A stretch of DNA of 64,000 nucleotides from Malacoraja senta (lineage: Eukaryota), in contig CM075991.1 in the NCBI GenBank assembly GCA_038087875.1, positions 10,418,001 through 10,482,000 of the forward strand. The letters run 5' to 3'. The notes below the pieces were generated by a model. That model was not told the DNA's origin, did no database searches, and saw only the letters and a list, made by a program, of their open reading frames with translations. This document shows positions 11,706 to 24,649 of this stretch, one piece after another. The translations under genes were made by a program, and so were the position numbers. Position 1 is the stretch's first letter; each line of letters opens with the position of its first letter.

Positions 11706-12500
11706 ACATAGAAACATAGAAAATAGGTGCAGGAGGAAGCCATTCAGCCTTTTGAGCCAGCACCGCCATTGATTGTGATCATGGCTGATCGTCCCCAATC
11801 AATAACCCGTGCCTGCCTTCTACCCATATCCGTTGATTCCACAAGCCCCTAGAGCTCTATCTAACTCTCTCTTAAATCCATCCAGTGACTTGGCCTCCAC
11901 TGCCCTCTGTGGCAGGGAATTCCATAAATTCACAACTCTCTGGTGAAAAAGTGTTTTCTCACCTCAGTCTTAAATGGCCTCCCCTTTATTCTAAGACTGT
12001 GTGGCCCCTGGTTCTGGACTCGCCCAACATTGGGAACATTTTTCCTGCATCTAGCTTGTCCAGTCCTTTTATAATTTTACATGTTTCTATCAGATCCCCC
12101 CTCATCCTTCTAAACTCCAGTGAATACAAGCCTAGTCTTTTCAATATTTCCTCATATGACAGTCCCGCCATCCCAGGGATCAATCTCGTGAACCTACGCT
12201 GCACTGCCTCAAACACAAGGATGCCCTTCCTCAAATTAGGAGACCAAAACTGGACACAATACTCCAGATGTGGTCTCACCAGAGCCCTATACAACTGCAG
12301 AAGAACCTCTTTACTCCTATACTAAAATCCTCTTGTTATGAAGGCCAACATTCCATTAGCTTTCTTCACTGCCTGCTGTACCTACACACCAACTTTCAGT
12401 GACTGGTGTACAAGGATGCCCAGGTCTCGCTGTACCTCCCCCTCACCTAACCTAACCCCATTGAGATAATAATCTGCCCCCTTGTTTTTTGCCGCCAAAT
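11706..12500 (-). mobile_element. CR1 LINE 3' fragment
   Basis: ORF YRALVRPHLEYCVQFWSP...RRMRGDLIE; (ATGTTTCT)n tail at ~11706-11722. Confidence 0.9.
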
Positions 12501-12863
12501 CATTCACTCCACTGGATCTCCCCAGCAATTGGTTGCTGTCCTTTCTGTGATGTGGACTGTCCAGGGCACTTGTGTCTATGGCTTCTATGCCCAGCATGCA
12601 TCTCCCCTCCCCCATCGGGCAAAACATATAGAAGTGTGAAAACGCTTCTGGGACAGTTTCTTCCCAGCTGTTATCAGGCAACTGAATCATCCTTCCACAA
12701 CCAGAGAGCAGTGCTGAACTACTATCTACCTCATTGAGACCCTTGGACTATCTTTGATCGGACTTTACTGGCTTTACCTTGCACTAAACATTATTCCCTT
12801 ATCATGTACCTGCACACTGTAAATGGCTGGATTGTAATCATATTGTCTTACCGCTGACTAGTT

Positions 12864-14030
12864 AATAATAATAATAATAATATATTTTATTTATATAGCG
12901 CTTTTCAAGGACTCAAAGTCGCTTTACATTGAGAGTTAAAAAAAAACAAAGCAAAATAGAACAGTAAGACAGAGATGCAAAGTGGAGGGGGACATGGGAC
13001 TAAGGGTATGCAGAGGTGAAGAGATCGGTCTTGAGGCGGGACTGGAAGATGGTGAGGGACTCAGAATTTCGGATCAGTTGTGGGAGGGAGTTCCAGAGCC
13101 TGGGAGCTGCCCTGGAGAAGGCTCTGCCTCCAAAAGTGCAGAGGTTTGATTTCGGAGTGGAGAGGAGACTGGCTGATGTGGATCTGAGGGACCGTGAGGG
13201 TTGGTAGGGGGAGAGGAGGCCAGTGAGATAAGGGGGGGCCAAGTGGTTGAGGGCTTTGTAGGTGAGGACCAGGATTTTGTAGATGATCCGGTGGGAAATG
13301 GGAAGCCAGTGAAGTTCTTTGAGAATTGGGGTGATGTGGTGCCAGGATTTGGTATGGGTGATGAGTCGGGCGGCTGCATTCTGGACCAGTTGGAGTCGGT
13401 TGATGTTGGTGGAATTAATGCCAAAGAGAAGAGAGTTACAGTAGTCCAGTCGGGAGGAGATGAAGGCATGGATGAGTCTTTCAGCAGCGGGGGGTGTGAG
13501 AGAGGGTCTGATTTTGGCAATGTTGCGGAGGTGAAAAAATGATGTTTTGACAACATGGCGGATGTGAGGCTCAAGGGAGAGGGTTGAGTCAAAGATCACG
13601 CCAAGGTTGCGGGCCTGAGGAGATGGGGAGACAGTGGTGCCGTCAATAGTGAGAGTGGGGTTGTTAATTTTGGTAAGTGTTGATTTGGAGCCAATGAGGA
13701 GAAATTCTGTTTTGTTACTGTTTAATTTAAGGAAGTTGAGTTGCATCCAAGATTTGATGGCTGACAGGCAGGAGTTGATATGGGAGAGAGGGGGGTCGTG
13801 GGGGGACTTGGTGCTGAGATAGATCTGGGTGTCATCAAGCATAGCAATGGAAGTCCAGGTTGAAGTGACGGAGTATATGACCAAGGGGGAGGATGTAGAT
13901 GATGAAGAGGAGGGGACCGAGAACAGAGCCTTGGGGAACGCCTTGAGTGACAGTGGCTGTGGCAGAGGTGTGGTTATGGAGAGAGATGAAGTGGGATCGG
14001 TTGGAAAGGTAAGAACGGAACCAGCTGAGT
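12864..14030 (-). mobile_element. L2 LINE, 5'-truncated (RT C-terminal half)
   Basis: [13 protein letters not shown]...Y(A)DDTQIY...LDYCNSLL...HITPILKELHWLPI...FQSRLKT; frameshift near 13835; (TTA)n tail at 12864-12881. Confidence 0.92.
13000..14030 (-). pseudogene. L2 reverse transcriptase remnant
   Basis: ORFs 13000..14115 and 13835..14041 join across a frameshift at the YADD motif. Confidence 0.85.
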
Positions 14031-14266
14031 GCAGAACGCAATAAAACCTTTTCACTCTACCTCGGTACACGTGACAATAGACTGAACTGATGAGTCGAAG
14101 AAATGCCCAAGTCATTCCCTTATCATTATGTCAGCGATGATCTTACATTTTGTGGTTACATCAGTAAAGTGAGCAAAGTTCTCATGCGTGTCGGAGCTAA
14201 CATACTCTACAGCTCTGTTAACTGGGCATCTTGTAGCCATCTGTGACCTTAATGTTTAGTTTAGAA

Positions 14267-14650
14267 TTACAATAGACAATAGACAATATGTGCAGGAGTT
14301 GACCATTCGGCCCTTGGAGCCAGCACCGCCATTCATAGAAACATAGACATAGAAAATAGGTGCATGAGGAGGCCATTCAGCCCTCCGAGCCAGCACCGCC
14401 ATTCATTGTGATCATGGCTGATCGTCCCCAATCAATAACCCGTGCCTGCCTTCTCCCCATATCCCTTGATTCCACTAGCCCCCAGAGTTCTAACTCTCTC
14501 TTAAATCCATCCAGTGATTTGGCCTCCACTGCCTTCTCCCCATATCCTTTGACTCCGCTGTCTTTAAGAGCTCTAACTCTTGAAAGCATCCAGAGAATTG
14601 GCCTCCACTGCCTTCTGGAGGCAGAGAATTCCACAGATTCACAACTCTCT
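14267..14650 (-). mobile_element. Two nested CR1 3' tails
   Basis: An (ATTGTCT)n-tailed copy is interrupted at ~14334 by an (ATGTTTCT)n-tailed copy. Confidence 0.75.
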
Positions 14651-14966
14651 ATACAGGCCCTTCGGCCCATTTAGTCCGCCCTGACCAGCGATCCCCGCAC
14701 ACTAACACTATCTTACACACACGAGGGACAATTTACATTCATACCAAGCCATTTATCCTACAAACCTGTACGGCTTTGGAGTGTGGGAGGGCACCCGTAG
14801 TCAGGATCGAACCATGGTCTCTGGCGCTGTAAGGCAGCAACTCTACCGTTGCGCCACCGTCCTATTGCAACCAAACCCTGGGGCAGTTGATGTTAAATGT
14901 GTTGAAGAATCATCGCTGGTTTTATTAGTTACAGTGTGACTACAGGTACTGTCTGTACGGCGTTTG

Positions 14967-15378
14967 CAAGTCAAGTCAAGTTTATTTGTCACATACGCAT
15001 ACGAGATGTGCAGTGAAATGAAAAGTGGCGATGCCTGCGGATTGTGCAAAAAAACTACAAAACAGAATAGAACAGAATCAGTAATTACATATCGGTGAGA
15101 AAAAAACAGCAATTTTAAAAAGATACAATACAACAGTGAAATGGTTCAGTAAGTTAGTCCCTGGTGAGATAAGAGTTTACAGTCCTAATGGCCTGTGGGA
15201 AGAAACTCCGTCTCATCCTCTCTGTTTTCACAGCGTGACAGCGGAGGCGTTTGCCTGACCGTCGCAGCTGGAACAGTCCATTGCTGGGGTGGAAGGGGTC
15301 CCCCATAATGTTGCTGGCTCTGGATCTGCACCTCCTGATGTATAGTTCCTGCAGGGGGGGGCGAGTGTAGTTCCCATG
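14967..15378 (-). mobile_element. Rex1/Babar-like LINE 3' end
   Basis: PPLQELYIRRC...DPFHPSNGLFQL..SGKRLR...RRSFFPQAIR; AATAAA(CTTGA)n tail. Confidence 0.8.
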
Positions 15379-15480
15379 GTGCGTTCTCCCTGTGTGACCG
15401 CGCGTGTTTTTTTCCTCCGGGTGCTCCGGTTGCCTCCCACGTTCCAAAGACGTGCAGGTTTGTAATCTGAAGAAGGGTTT

Positions 15481-16495
15481 GTCATGTACATCAATGATCT
15501 GGATGAAGGTGTGGAAAATTGGATTAGTAAGTATGCAGATGATACTAAGATAGGTGGTGTTGTGGATAATGAAGTAGATTTTCAAAGTCTACAGAGAGAT
15601 TTAGGCCATTTGGAAGAGTGGGCTGAAAGATGGCAGATGGAGTTTAATGCTGACAAATGTGAGGTGCTACATCTCGGCAGGACAAATCAAAATAGGACGT
15701 ACACGGTTAATGGTAGCGAATTGAGCAATGCAGTTGAACAGAGGGATCTAGGAATAACTGTGCATAGTTCCCTGAAGGTGGAATCTCATGTAGATATGGT
15801 GGTAAAGAAAGCTTTTGGTGTGCTGGCCTTTATAAATCAGAGCATTGAATATAGAAGTTGGGATGTAATGTTAAAATTGTACAAGGCATTGGTGAGGCCA
15901 ATTCTGGAGTATGGAGTACAAATTTGGTCGCCTAATTATAGGAAGGATGTCAACAAAATAGAGAGAGTACAGAGGAGATTTACTAGAATGTTGCCTGGGT
16001 TTCAGCAACTAAGTTACAGAGAAAGGTTGAACAAGTTAGGTCTTTATTCTTTGGAGCGCAGAAGGTTAAGAGGGGACTTGATAGAGGTCTTTAAAATTAT
16101 GAGCGGGTTAGACAGAGTGGACGTGGATAAGCTTTTCCCATTGAGAGTAGGGAAGATTCAAACAAGGGGACATGACTTGAGAATTAAGGGACAGAAGTGT
16201 AGGGGGAACATTAAGGGGAACTTCTTTACTCAGAGAGTGGTAGCTGTGTGGAATGAGCTTCCAGTGGAAGTGGTGGAGGCAGGTTCGATGTTATCCTTTA
16301 AAAATAGATTGGATGGGTATATGGACGGGAAAGGAATGGAGGGTTATGGTCTGAGTGCAGGTAGATGGGACTAGGGGGAAGTATTTATTTTTAATTTAAA
16401 AAAAAAAATTAAAAAAAAATGTTCGGCACGGACTTGAAGGGCCGAGATGGCCTGTTTCCGTGCTGTTATGGTTATATGGTTATATGGTTATATGG
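15481..16495 (+). mobile_element. CR1 LINE, 5'-truncated, with uninterrupted RT C-terminus
   Basis: 296-aa ORF YINDL...KYADDTK...RPILEY...QRVVAVWNELP; (GGTTATAT)n tail; inserted within a Penelope CTGAAGAAGGGTT...GACCC motif. Confidence 0.93.
15484..16374 (+). pseudogene. CR1 ORF2 reverse transcriptase C-terminal fragment
   Basis: Open for 296 codons with a YADD motif; lacks the endonuclease and N-terminal RT. Confidence 0.9.
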
Positions 16496-17569
16496 GTTCG
16501 CGACCCGCAACATCACCTTTCCCAGCATTATGTTCTCCAGAGACGCTGCCTGAGCCGCTGAGTTCCAACGGGTTGAACTTACGAGGAGTGAGTCGTGGAT
16601 TCTGAGGCAAGTTGATGGGATTACGTGGAGAGTACAATGAGTTGAGATGGAGCTAGTGTCAAAGTGGGTGATCGATGGTCAGCGTGGACATGGTGGGCCA
16701 AAGGGCTGTATCTGTCCGAGTCCAAATGGCCCACAATCTCCAAAAAGCAGACCCACCCCGCTGCCTCAACTATACGATTAATCTCTTACTGAAACACATA
16801 GAAATCCCTCTGATGGCTGTTTTTAATCTAAAACATATTACCCCTCTGCTCCAGAGAATGCTAGCACGGTGCCAAGCTGGAACGAAAGTACAGTGCATTA
16901 TTGCGCTTATCTGTGTATCTCAATTCGGATCAACATTCCACTCTCCTACTCTTAAAAACATCCATATGATCTGTGGAAGACAGGAGGCAAAAGAGCCATT
17001 CGGTGGGGTTGGCGTTCGGGACAGGGGGCAGTGGAAAAGGCTGCCGAGCCTCGGTGATGTTTCTATTTCTATGTCTTTGGCCGAACCGGATGGTTGACAT
17101 TTGATACACTTCATAAAAGCTGCTACACAGCGCTGTACCGTTACGTGGCTACACCAGGGCATTCCATGTGCCTACATGCAGGCACCAATTAGACGCAGCG
17201 TGTACCATTTTGTTGCAGTTGCAGCGGGTTATTCAGCAATTCCGTCCCCTGGAGCCGCCACAAGAGCTGGTTTCTCATCGGAATCCAAGTCAGCCCACCG
17301 CTTCCAGGAAATCACTGTTTTCAATTTCATCTCCTAATGAACAGCTTCCGAGCGGATCTGACACAGTTCGGTCGGATTTTTTAATTTAGCTGTAAATATG
17401 TTTTAAAAAAGTTGCACATCCTTTGTCAAGCGGCCATTTTAAATTGCCCCCTCAGGTGTGAAGTGAGGGGTAGATTTGAAGGGGGTTGATGAGAGAATAG
17501 GTTACAGAGAAAATTAGTGGGGAATGGGATTGCCAGAGTAGACTCATTGGACTGAAATAACCTTCTTAT

Positions 17570-17945
17570 AATAATAATAATAATAATAATACATTTTATT
17601 TATGGGCGCCTTTCAAAAGTCTCAAGGACACCTTACAAAGTTTAACAAATAGTAGAAACATGTAAGCGGAATGAAATAAATAGTAAAGACATCACGAGTA
17701 CACAAATTAAAGAGAGAATTCAGTCCAAAAACAAAAATCAAAAACACAATATGGAAGAGAGAGCAGCGGATGCTAAAGCGCGCCAGCGTCCATTCTCCCC
17801 TCCGGCAGCCATCTTGGACACAAAATAAAATATCATTTACACACAAAAATCATCCCCCCACAATGATTACCACTGTGGGGGAAGGCACAATGTCCAGTCC
17901 CCAACCCCAGTTCACCCAAAGTCAGGCCTATTGAGGCCTCCACAG
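17570..17945 (-). mobile_element. Second copy of the L2-tailed non-coding element
   Basis: Reverse-complement similarity to 6660-7030; (AAT)n at 17570-17590. Confidence 0.65.
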
Positions 17946-18010
17946 TTGCCTCTACGGAGTTTGGTTTAGTTTAGTTTGGTTTAGTTTTGAGTCTAGTAGA
18001 CTGACCATGG

Positions 18011-18325
18011 GTGATCTGCATCTCCTCCAATCTCATCTATTGCATCCGCTCCTCTAGATGTCGGCTGATCTACATCGGTGAGACCAAGCTTAGGCTCGGC
18101 GATCGTTTCGCCGAACACCTCCGCTCGGTCCGCAATAACCAACCTGACCTCCCGGTGGCTCAGCACTTCAACTCCCCCTCCCATTCCAAATCCGACCTCT
18201 CTGTCCTGGGTCTCCTACATGGCCAGAGTGAGCACCACCGGAAACTGGAGGAGCAGCACCTCATATTCCGCTTGGGCAGTCTGCACCCTAGTGGCATAAA
18301 CATTGAATTCTCCAATTTCCGGTAG
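18011..18325 (+). pseudogene. Penelope-like GIY-YIG endonuclease domain (5'-truncated element)
   Basis: NLIYCIRSSRCRLIYIGETKLRLGDRFAEH...VAQHFN...GINIEF, a characteristic PLE GIY-YIG signature. Confidence 0.9.
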
Positions 18326-18520
18326 CCCTCGCTGTCTCCTCCCCTTCTCAGCTCTCCCTCAGCCCTCGGGCTCCTCCTCTTCCTTTTTCCTTTCTTCTCC
18401 CCCCCCCCCCCCCACCCTCCATCAGTCTGAAGAAGGGTTTCGGCCCAAAACGTTGCCTATTTCCTTCGCTCCATAGATGCTGCTGCACCTGCTGAGTTCC
18501 TCCAGCATTTTTGTCTACCA
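18011..18520 (+). mobile_element. Penelope-like element 3' part
   Basis: GIY-YIG ORF, pyrimidine tract, then the subfamily A terminus (hammerhead GAAA mutated to AAAA in this copy). Confidence 0.9.
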
Positions 18521-20699
18521 TGGGTGATGCATCCTGGTTTGCAGGTGATGTCTGGTCGGATGCAAGCCTGGGCGATGTCATATGGAGGACAAGGCTGTTG
18601 CCCATGCAGCACGCCACCCCCCCCCCCCCTCTCCATGTCGCTGATCGATCCAAAGGAACAGCTAGTTTCGAGTTAAAGCACGGAAACAGGCCAATCGGCC
18701 CACTGCCTCCACGCCGACCAGCGATCCCCGCACATTGACACTATCCTACACACACTAGGGACAGTTTTACATTCATACCAAGCCAATTAACCTCCAAACC
18801 TGTACGTCTCATGTAATGCATGGAAATATATCATAAATGCAATGAATTATACGATGAATTTACAAACTATATTTTCACATAGTGTAGCATATGCAAAACT
18901 CCGTGCTGAATTTAGCCGAGGAAAATGTCATTCCTCCTTCCCTTCAGGTGGGATTTAAAGTGCCTCTGAAAAATTGTGATGACACAGGGAAGTCACCCTG
19001 GGTGCAAGCCCTATAAAAGACACAGTGAGATCAAAGTTCAGCAGATGCTGGGGCTTCATCTTGAGTTTGCCTCGTGAGTTTAGTTAGGTGTATCGCCACG
19101 TTTACCGAGGTACAGCGAAGGATTTTTGTTGCGTGCTAACCAGTCAGCGGATAGACAATACTTGATTACAATCTAAGGTAGACACACAATGCTGGAGTAA
19201 CCTCTCCAATCTGTAGCCTCCATTTGATCTGGTATTTTGTTGGTTCCCATGCTTGATCAATGGTGTTTTATCATTAATGTTTTATTATTATTAATGTTTA
19301 GTGTTTTCTGAGTCATTCGTAACTGTCACTGTGTGTCATGTTGTTACTTGTGGGCGGAGCACCATGGCAAATTCCTTGTATGTGAATACGTGGCCAATAA
19401 ACTTACTTACTTACTTAACTCAGCGGGTGAGGCAGCATCTCTGGAGAGAAGAAATGGGCGATGTTTCGGGTCGAGACGTGGGGATTTACAGAGGTCAATT
19501 AACCTACAAACAGCAAGTCTTTGGAAGATGGGAGGAAACCGAAGCACCCGCAGTAAACCCACGCGGTCACAGGGTGTACAGACAGCACCCGCAGTCGGGA
19601 TCGAACCCGGGTCTCTGGCGCTGTAAGCACTGGGAGGCAGCAACTCTACTGCTGTGCCACCGCGCTGCCTCCTAAGCGATCACCAATCGTTAGTGAGTGG
19701 ATCCACACTGGGCCCTTCCCTGGGAACCATTCCTATCGCCCAGCCACCATGCCAACCGCACCATTGGCACAGCCTGTCTGCCAATGCTCCAGTCCGCTCT
19801 CCCCTCTGGTGATGCGGGCAGAGAGCTCGTTGGCCGTCGAGCACTAAAGGGGGGACTAGAAGGCAGAATGCGCACATCAGGTCTGGCACCTGGTTGCAAT
19901 TCGCCCCAGCCCGCCAGTGGAATGACTCACAGCTGCACAGCAGAGTATTGCACTGTGTTGTATCTTGTATGTTGAATGCGCAGTGTGCAGTGTGCAGTGT
20001 GCAGGACACCCCCAAGCTTACAAAACGCCATCCTTCTGCATCAGCCTACATACACACTTACCCTTGGACAATGCACTGGATCGCAGCCTGTGAACATAAC
20101 GCAGAAATAACCCGTGAATCTCACAATAATAAACCCTAATGCCTTACATTACATAACGCACTTCACACCCATCACTTTACTCCAAGCACCACATAACACA
20201 ATCTACTAGGTTTCTATTGCAATGCATTTACAAGGTCACACAAACACAGAGAGCCCAGCAGTGTTTGTGTATTGGTTGTGAGATATTTGCTGCTGTAGCT
20301 GTTCATTTCTGCTTTTCCATTAAACGGAGCTCGTTCCCTGGCTTAGCCCCCTGCCGAGCTCCACATGCAAAAGGTTCAGTATCTGTTATCCACCTCTGGG
20401 CCAATTCCTTCTTCATTATCAGCGAGAATATTGCTCCTACCGAGGAGGAATTAACCTTCTGCATTCCCGGCTGTGGGACTCAACACTCTGCCCCGACCAC
20501 AACCTTCCCACCGAAGTTGCAGGGAACTCGGATTTCTGGCAAGCTTATAGGTATCAGGCTTAATATTGGGACATAAAGGTGAACATTGTCATTGTGGTTT
20601 TCAGTGTCCGAAACATGCTGAGGCTGCGGAGTTTGCAGGAGTGGTCTTGACATGACAGGAGCAGCAGAAATCATGTGGACCTCAATTATGTTGATGTTC

Positions 20700-21300
20700 A
20701 GACACAAAATGCTGGAGTTACTCAGCGGGTCAGGCAGCAACCCTGGAGAGAAGGAATGGGTGACGTGGGGATGGGTCGAAGCCCTTCTTCAGACTGATGT
20801 CGGGGGAAGGGGCGGGAAAAAGGTAGAGAAGTGGGCGGAGACAGTGGGACTGGTAGTAGAGCTGAGAATGGGGAGGGGAAGGAGGGAGAAAGCAAGGGAC
20901 TACCTGAAATTGGAGAAGTCAATGTTCATCCCGCTGGGGTGTAAACTACCCAAGTGAAATATGAGGTGCTGTTCCTCCAATTTGCGGTGGGCCCCACTCT
21001 GGCCATGGAAGAGGCCCAGGGCAGAAAGGTCAGATTGGGAATGGGAGGGGGAGTTGAAGTGCTGAGCCACCGGGAGATCAGGTTGGCTAAGACGGACTGA
21101 GCGGAGGTCCAGTTGGTGAGGTTTCAAAAACGTCACGAAAAGGTGACATTTGGGTCGGGACTGAAGAAGGTCTAAAGAAGGGTCTTGACCCAAACGTCAC
21201 CTATTCCTTCTCTCCAGGGGCTGCTGCCTGACCCGCTGAGTTACTCCAGCATTTTGTGTCTATCTTCGGTGTAAACACACCACCTGCAGTTCCTTCCTAC
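20700..21300 (-). mobile_element. Penelope-like element (subfamily B terminus) with inverted arms
   Basis: ORF QPDLPVAQHFNSPSHS...GMNIDFSNFR flanked by inverted GACACAAAATGCTGGAGT.ACTCAGCGGG arms. Confidence 0.85.
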
Positions 21301-21391
21301 CGAGTTATGGTAACGTTTATTGTCGTAACATGCGCCGAGGTACAGTGAGGAAAAGCTTTGTTTTGCATGCTATCCATACAGATCAGATAGA

Positions 21392-22080
21392 GGGCGGCAC
21401 AATGGCACAGCGGTAGGTTTGCAGTTTGCTGCCTTAAGGGCCTGTCCCACTTGGGCGTTATTTGCGCGTCATTTACGCGACATCATTTACGAGTCACGAC
21501 GCACGACGCGAGCGTCGTGATGCGCGGATGGTGTGGATTACGCGGGCATGGTGCGTGGTGACGTAGGCAGTGACACGTGGTCGCGCGCAGCGCCCCAGGA
21601 TTTTGGGATGTACAAAATATTTGCGCGCCATCTGCGTGACGCGCAAATGACGCCCCGGTGGGGCAGGCCCCTTTACAGCGCTGGTGACCCATGTTCGATC
21701 CTGACTACGGGTGCTGTCTGTCTGGAGTTTGTACGTGTTTAAGAAGGAACTGCAGATGCTGGAAAATCGAAGGTAGATAAAAGTGCTGGAGAAACTCAGC
21801 GGGTGCAGCAGCATCTATGGAGCGAAGGAAATAGGCAACTTTTCGGCCCGAAACCCTTTGGGTTTCGGCCCGAAACGTTGCCTATCTCCTTTCGGGTTTC
21901 GGCCCGAAACATTGCCTATTTCCTTCGCTCCATAGCTGCTGCTGCACCCGCTGAGTTTCTCCAGCATTTTTGTCTACCTTGGAGTTTGTACGTGCTCTCT
22001 GTGACCATGTGGGTCTTCTCCGGGTGCTCAGGTTTCCTCCCACCTTCCAAGGACGTGCATGTTTGTAGGATAATTGCCTC
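21392..22080 (+). mobile_element. V-SINE/HE1-like SINE split by a Harbinger MITE and a Penelope palindrome (21740-21980)
   Basis: Head GGGCGGCACAATGGCACAGCGG; TGGAGTTTGTACGTG duplicated around the Penelope insert. Confidence 0.8.
21437..21672. mobile_element. PIF/Harbinger-type MITE (CpG-rich family)
   Basis: TIR AGGGCCTGTCCCAC / GTGGGGCAGGCCCCT; TSD TTA at 21434-21436 and 21673-21675. Confidence 0.85.
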
Positions 22081-22439
22081 CGTACAGACAGTACCCGTAG
22101 TCAGGATGACACCCGGGTGGTCTCTGGCGCTGCAAGGCAGTGGCTTTACCGCTGCGCCACTGAGCAGCGCGTCTTTGACCACGTATACTGCCTTTGGGCA
22201 GATCCTGTTTCACATCACGGAGACACAAGGAACCGCAGGTGCTGGAAACATGAGCAAATCACAAAGCCCTGATGGAACTCAGTGGCTCTGGCAGCATCCG
22301 TGGAGGGAATGGGCAGGCGACATTTTGAGCCAGGCCACTTCATCAGCCTGATTGATGTTGCATGTCCAATCCCTCTCGAGATGCTGCATTCCTCCAGCGC
22401 TTTGCATTCTGCTCTTTTTGCATTAGTTCAGTTTCTGTT

Positions 22440-22745
22440 TAGTTTAGAGATACAGCGCGGAAACAGGCCCTTCGGCCCACCGGGTCCGCATCGACCAGCG
22501 ATCCCCGCACATTAACACTATCCTACACACACCCGGGACAATATTTACATTTACACCAAGCCAATTAACCTGCAAACCTGTACGTCTTTGGAGTGTGGGA
22601 GGAAACCGAAGATGTCGGGTAAAACCCACGCAGGTCACGGGGAGAAGGTACAAACTCCGTACAGACAGCACCCGTAGTCGGGATCGAACCCGGGTTTCGG
22701 GGCCTGTGAGGCAGCAACTCTACCGCTGTGCCACCATGCTGCCCT
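22440..22745 (-). mobile_element. Near full-length V-SINE/HE1-like SINE
   Basis: Complete tRNA-like head, V-domain-like core and CTCTAAACTAAAC tail on the minus strand. Confidence 0.9.
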
Positions 22746-23476
22746 TTCATTATAACTATTATTGCAGCAAGAATTCATTCGACTGTATGTGATCTAAAAT
22801 ATCTGATGCAAAGCACTGTGGTGGGACAGTGCTGAAATGTTCCCCCCCCTCCCCCCACCCCCATCCCCGTCCCCCCAGTCCTCTGCTTATTGTATCTGTA
22901 CAATGGCCATGAAGGAAGGATAAAAGTGGTAATTGTTATTGTTTGAATTGTGTCCGTGACTGTCAGCAAAAGGCTACTTGGAAATCTATAAATCAATAGT
23001 ATGAATCATTGTCCTATCCGCAGGGCTTTATACGGCAGCATCTAAAGAACAGCTAATGGTAAGATTAGTCACAGCAGTGGAAGGAGACAGCGCAGAAGTC
23101 AATGGAGCAGAATTTACCTGATTCTAAAAAGCTGCCATATCAAGGCACTGCTGTAAACAATAACTGGGCCGGGACCAATGAGTCAGAGGCAATGCACTTC
23201 CCTTGAACTTCTCCTTTGGGGTCAGCTTCTTGCAGACAAGAAGGGTTCAAACTCCAGTCATCGGATGGTGCTGTGAGAATGGGGGTTGGTGGGGGGGAAG
23301 GTAGAAGAGGTGGTCTGGAAGGTAGCCGAGCTGTGCGCTCAATTCCCTCTTGGCACCAGATTTCATTGGGAACGTTTATCAAACAGATTGACGGGCGAGT
23401 GCGTTCCTGGGTCGTCTTCCCCCCCCCCCCCCCGACCCTTGAAGTTAGGGTTGTACAACACGGAAACACACCCTTA

Positions 23477-23809
23477 TGGGCCTGTCCCACTTGCCGATTT
23501 TTTAGGCAATTGTTGTTAGGCGACTGGCACAGTCGCTGCAGGTCGCCGAAAAACCGGCGACAACCTACGTCATCCTGGCGACAACCTACGACAGCGACTA
23601 CGTCAGGAGAAGTCAAGCTACGCTCATTGGCGTCAAACCCACTGTCGGCGAAAAATTTTCAACATGGTGAAAATTTGGCGGCTACCAGAAAGACGCTACG
23701 ACTTTTTGCGCGACTGAGGAGACTACTCCCGGCGACCACCGGCAAACATGTGGCGACAAACTAGTCACCTGTAGTTGCCTAAAAAATCTCCTAAGTGGGG
23801 ACAGGCCCA
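23477..23809. mobile_element. PIF/Harbinger-type MITE
   Basis: TIR TGGGCCTGTCCCACTT / AAGTGGGGACAGGCCCA; TTA TSD at 23474-23476 and 23810-23812. Confidence 0.88.
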
Positions 23810-24059
23810 TTAGTTTAGTTTTGTTATTATTGTCACGTGTACCGAGGTACAGTGAAAAGCTTTTGTTGCGTGCTATCCAGTCAGCAGGAGGACAATACAC
23901 AATTACAATCCAGCCATTTACAGTGTACAGATACACGATAAGGGAATGACGTTTAGTGCAAGGTAAAGCCAGCAAAGTCCGATCAAGGATAGTCCAGGGG
24001 TCACCAATGAGGTAGAAGGTAGTTCCGCACTGCTCTCTGGTTGTGGTAGGATGTGGTGG

Positions 24060-24649
24060 TCGGGTTGCCAACTTTCCCGCTCCCAAATAAGGGACAAAAG
24101 GTCAAAATACGGGACAAATTCCGGACGGCAATTCGTTGACCAACTCGGCCGTGGCTGGGTGAACGATGAGTTGGCCCCGGGTGCTGGACTACACACAAAG
24201 CCCAGCCGGCGGGGGCCAGCTGAGGAGCTTTGGCCCGGGCCAACTCGCGCGCCCAGGCCAAAACTCCTCAGCTGGCCCGCTGGCTGGGCTTTGTGTTCTG
24301 CCGCGCGCAAAGTCCGGCGCCCCGCCCAACTCGTGAACCGACGATCGGCCATGAGAAGGAGGGGTGGTGGTGGTGGTGGTGTCGGCGGTAAGCGAAGGTA
24401 CGAAGGACGGACAGCTGGCCGGGCTGCCGACCGACGGGGCCATGGGCGAGGCGCTGCTGCTGCTGCTGCTGCTGCTGCACTCCATGGGCTGCACTACGTC
24501 GGGACGGGTGAGGCGGGGTACGACCCGACAGTCCCCTCGACTTGAGTAGTAGCAGTCAAATACGGGACAAGGGCTGTCCCGTATGGGGCAAACCAATTTA
24601 GCCCAATATACGGGATGTCCCGGCTAATACGGGGCAGTTGGCAACCATA
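24060..24649. mobile_element. Non-autonomous hAT element (TAGGGTTGCCAAC-type TIR) with GC-rich core
   Basis: TCGGGTTGCCAACT / AGTTGGCAACCATA; 8-bp TSD TGTGGTGG at 24052-24059 and 24650-24657; subterminal CGGGAC repeats. Confidence 0.85.

Noticed and set aside
23918..24596. Overlapping GC-rich ORFs
   Set aside because: They lie within a non-autonomous hAT element; stop scarcity is due to GC content; no transposase motifs
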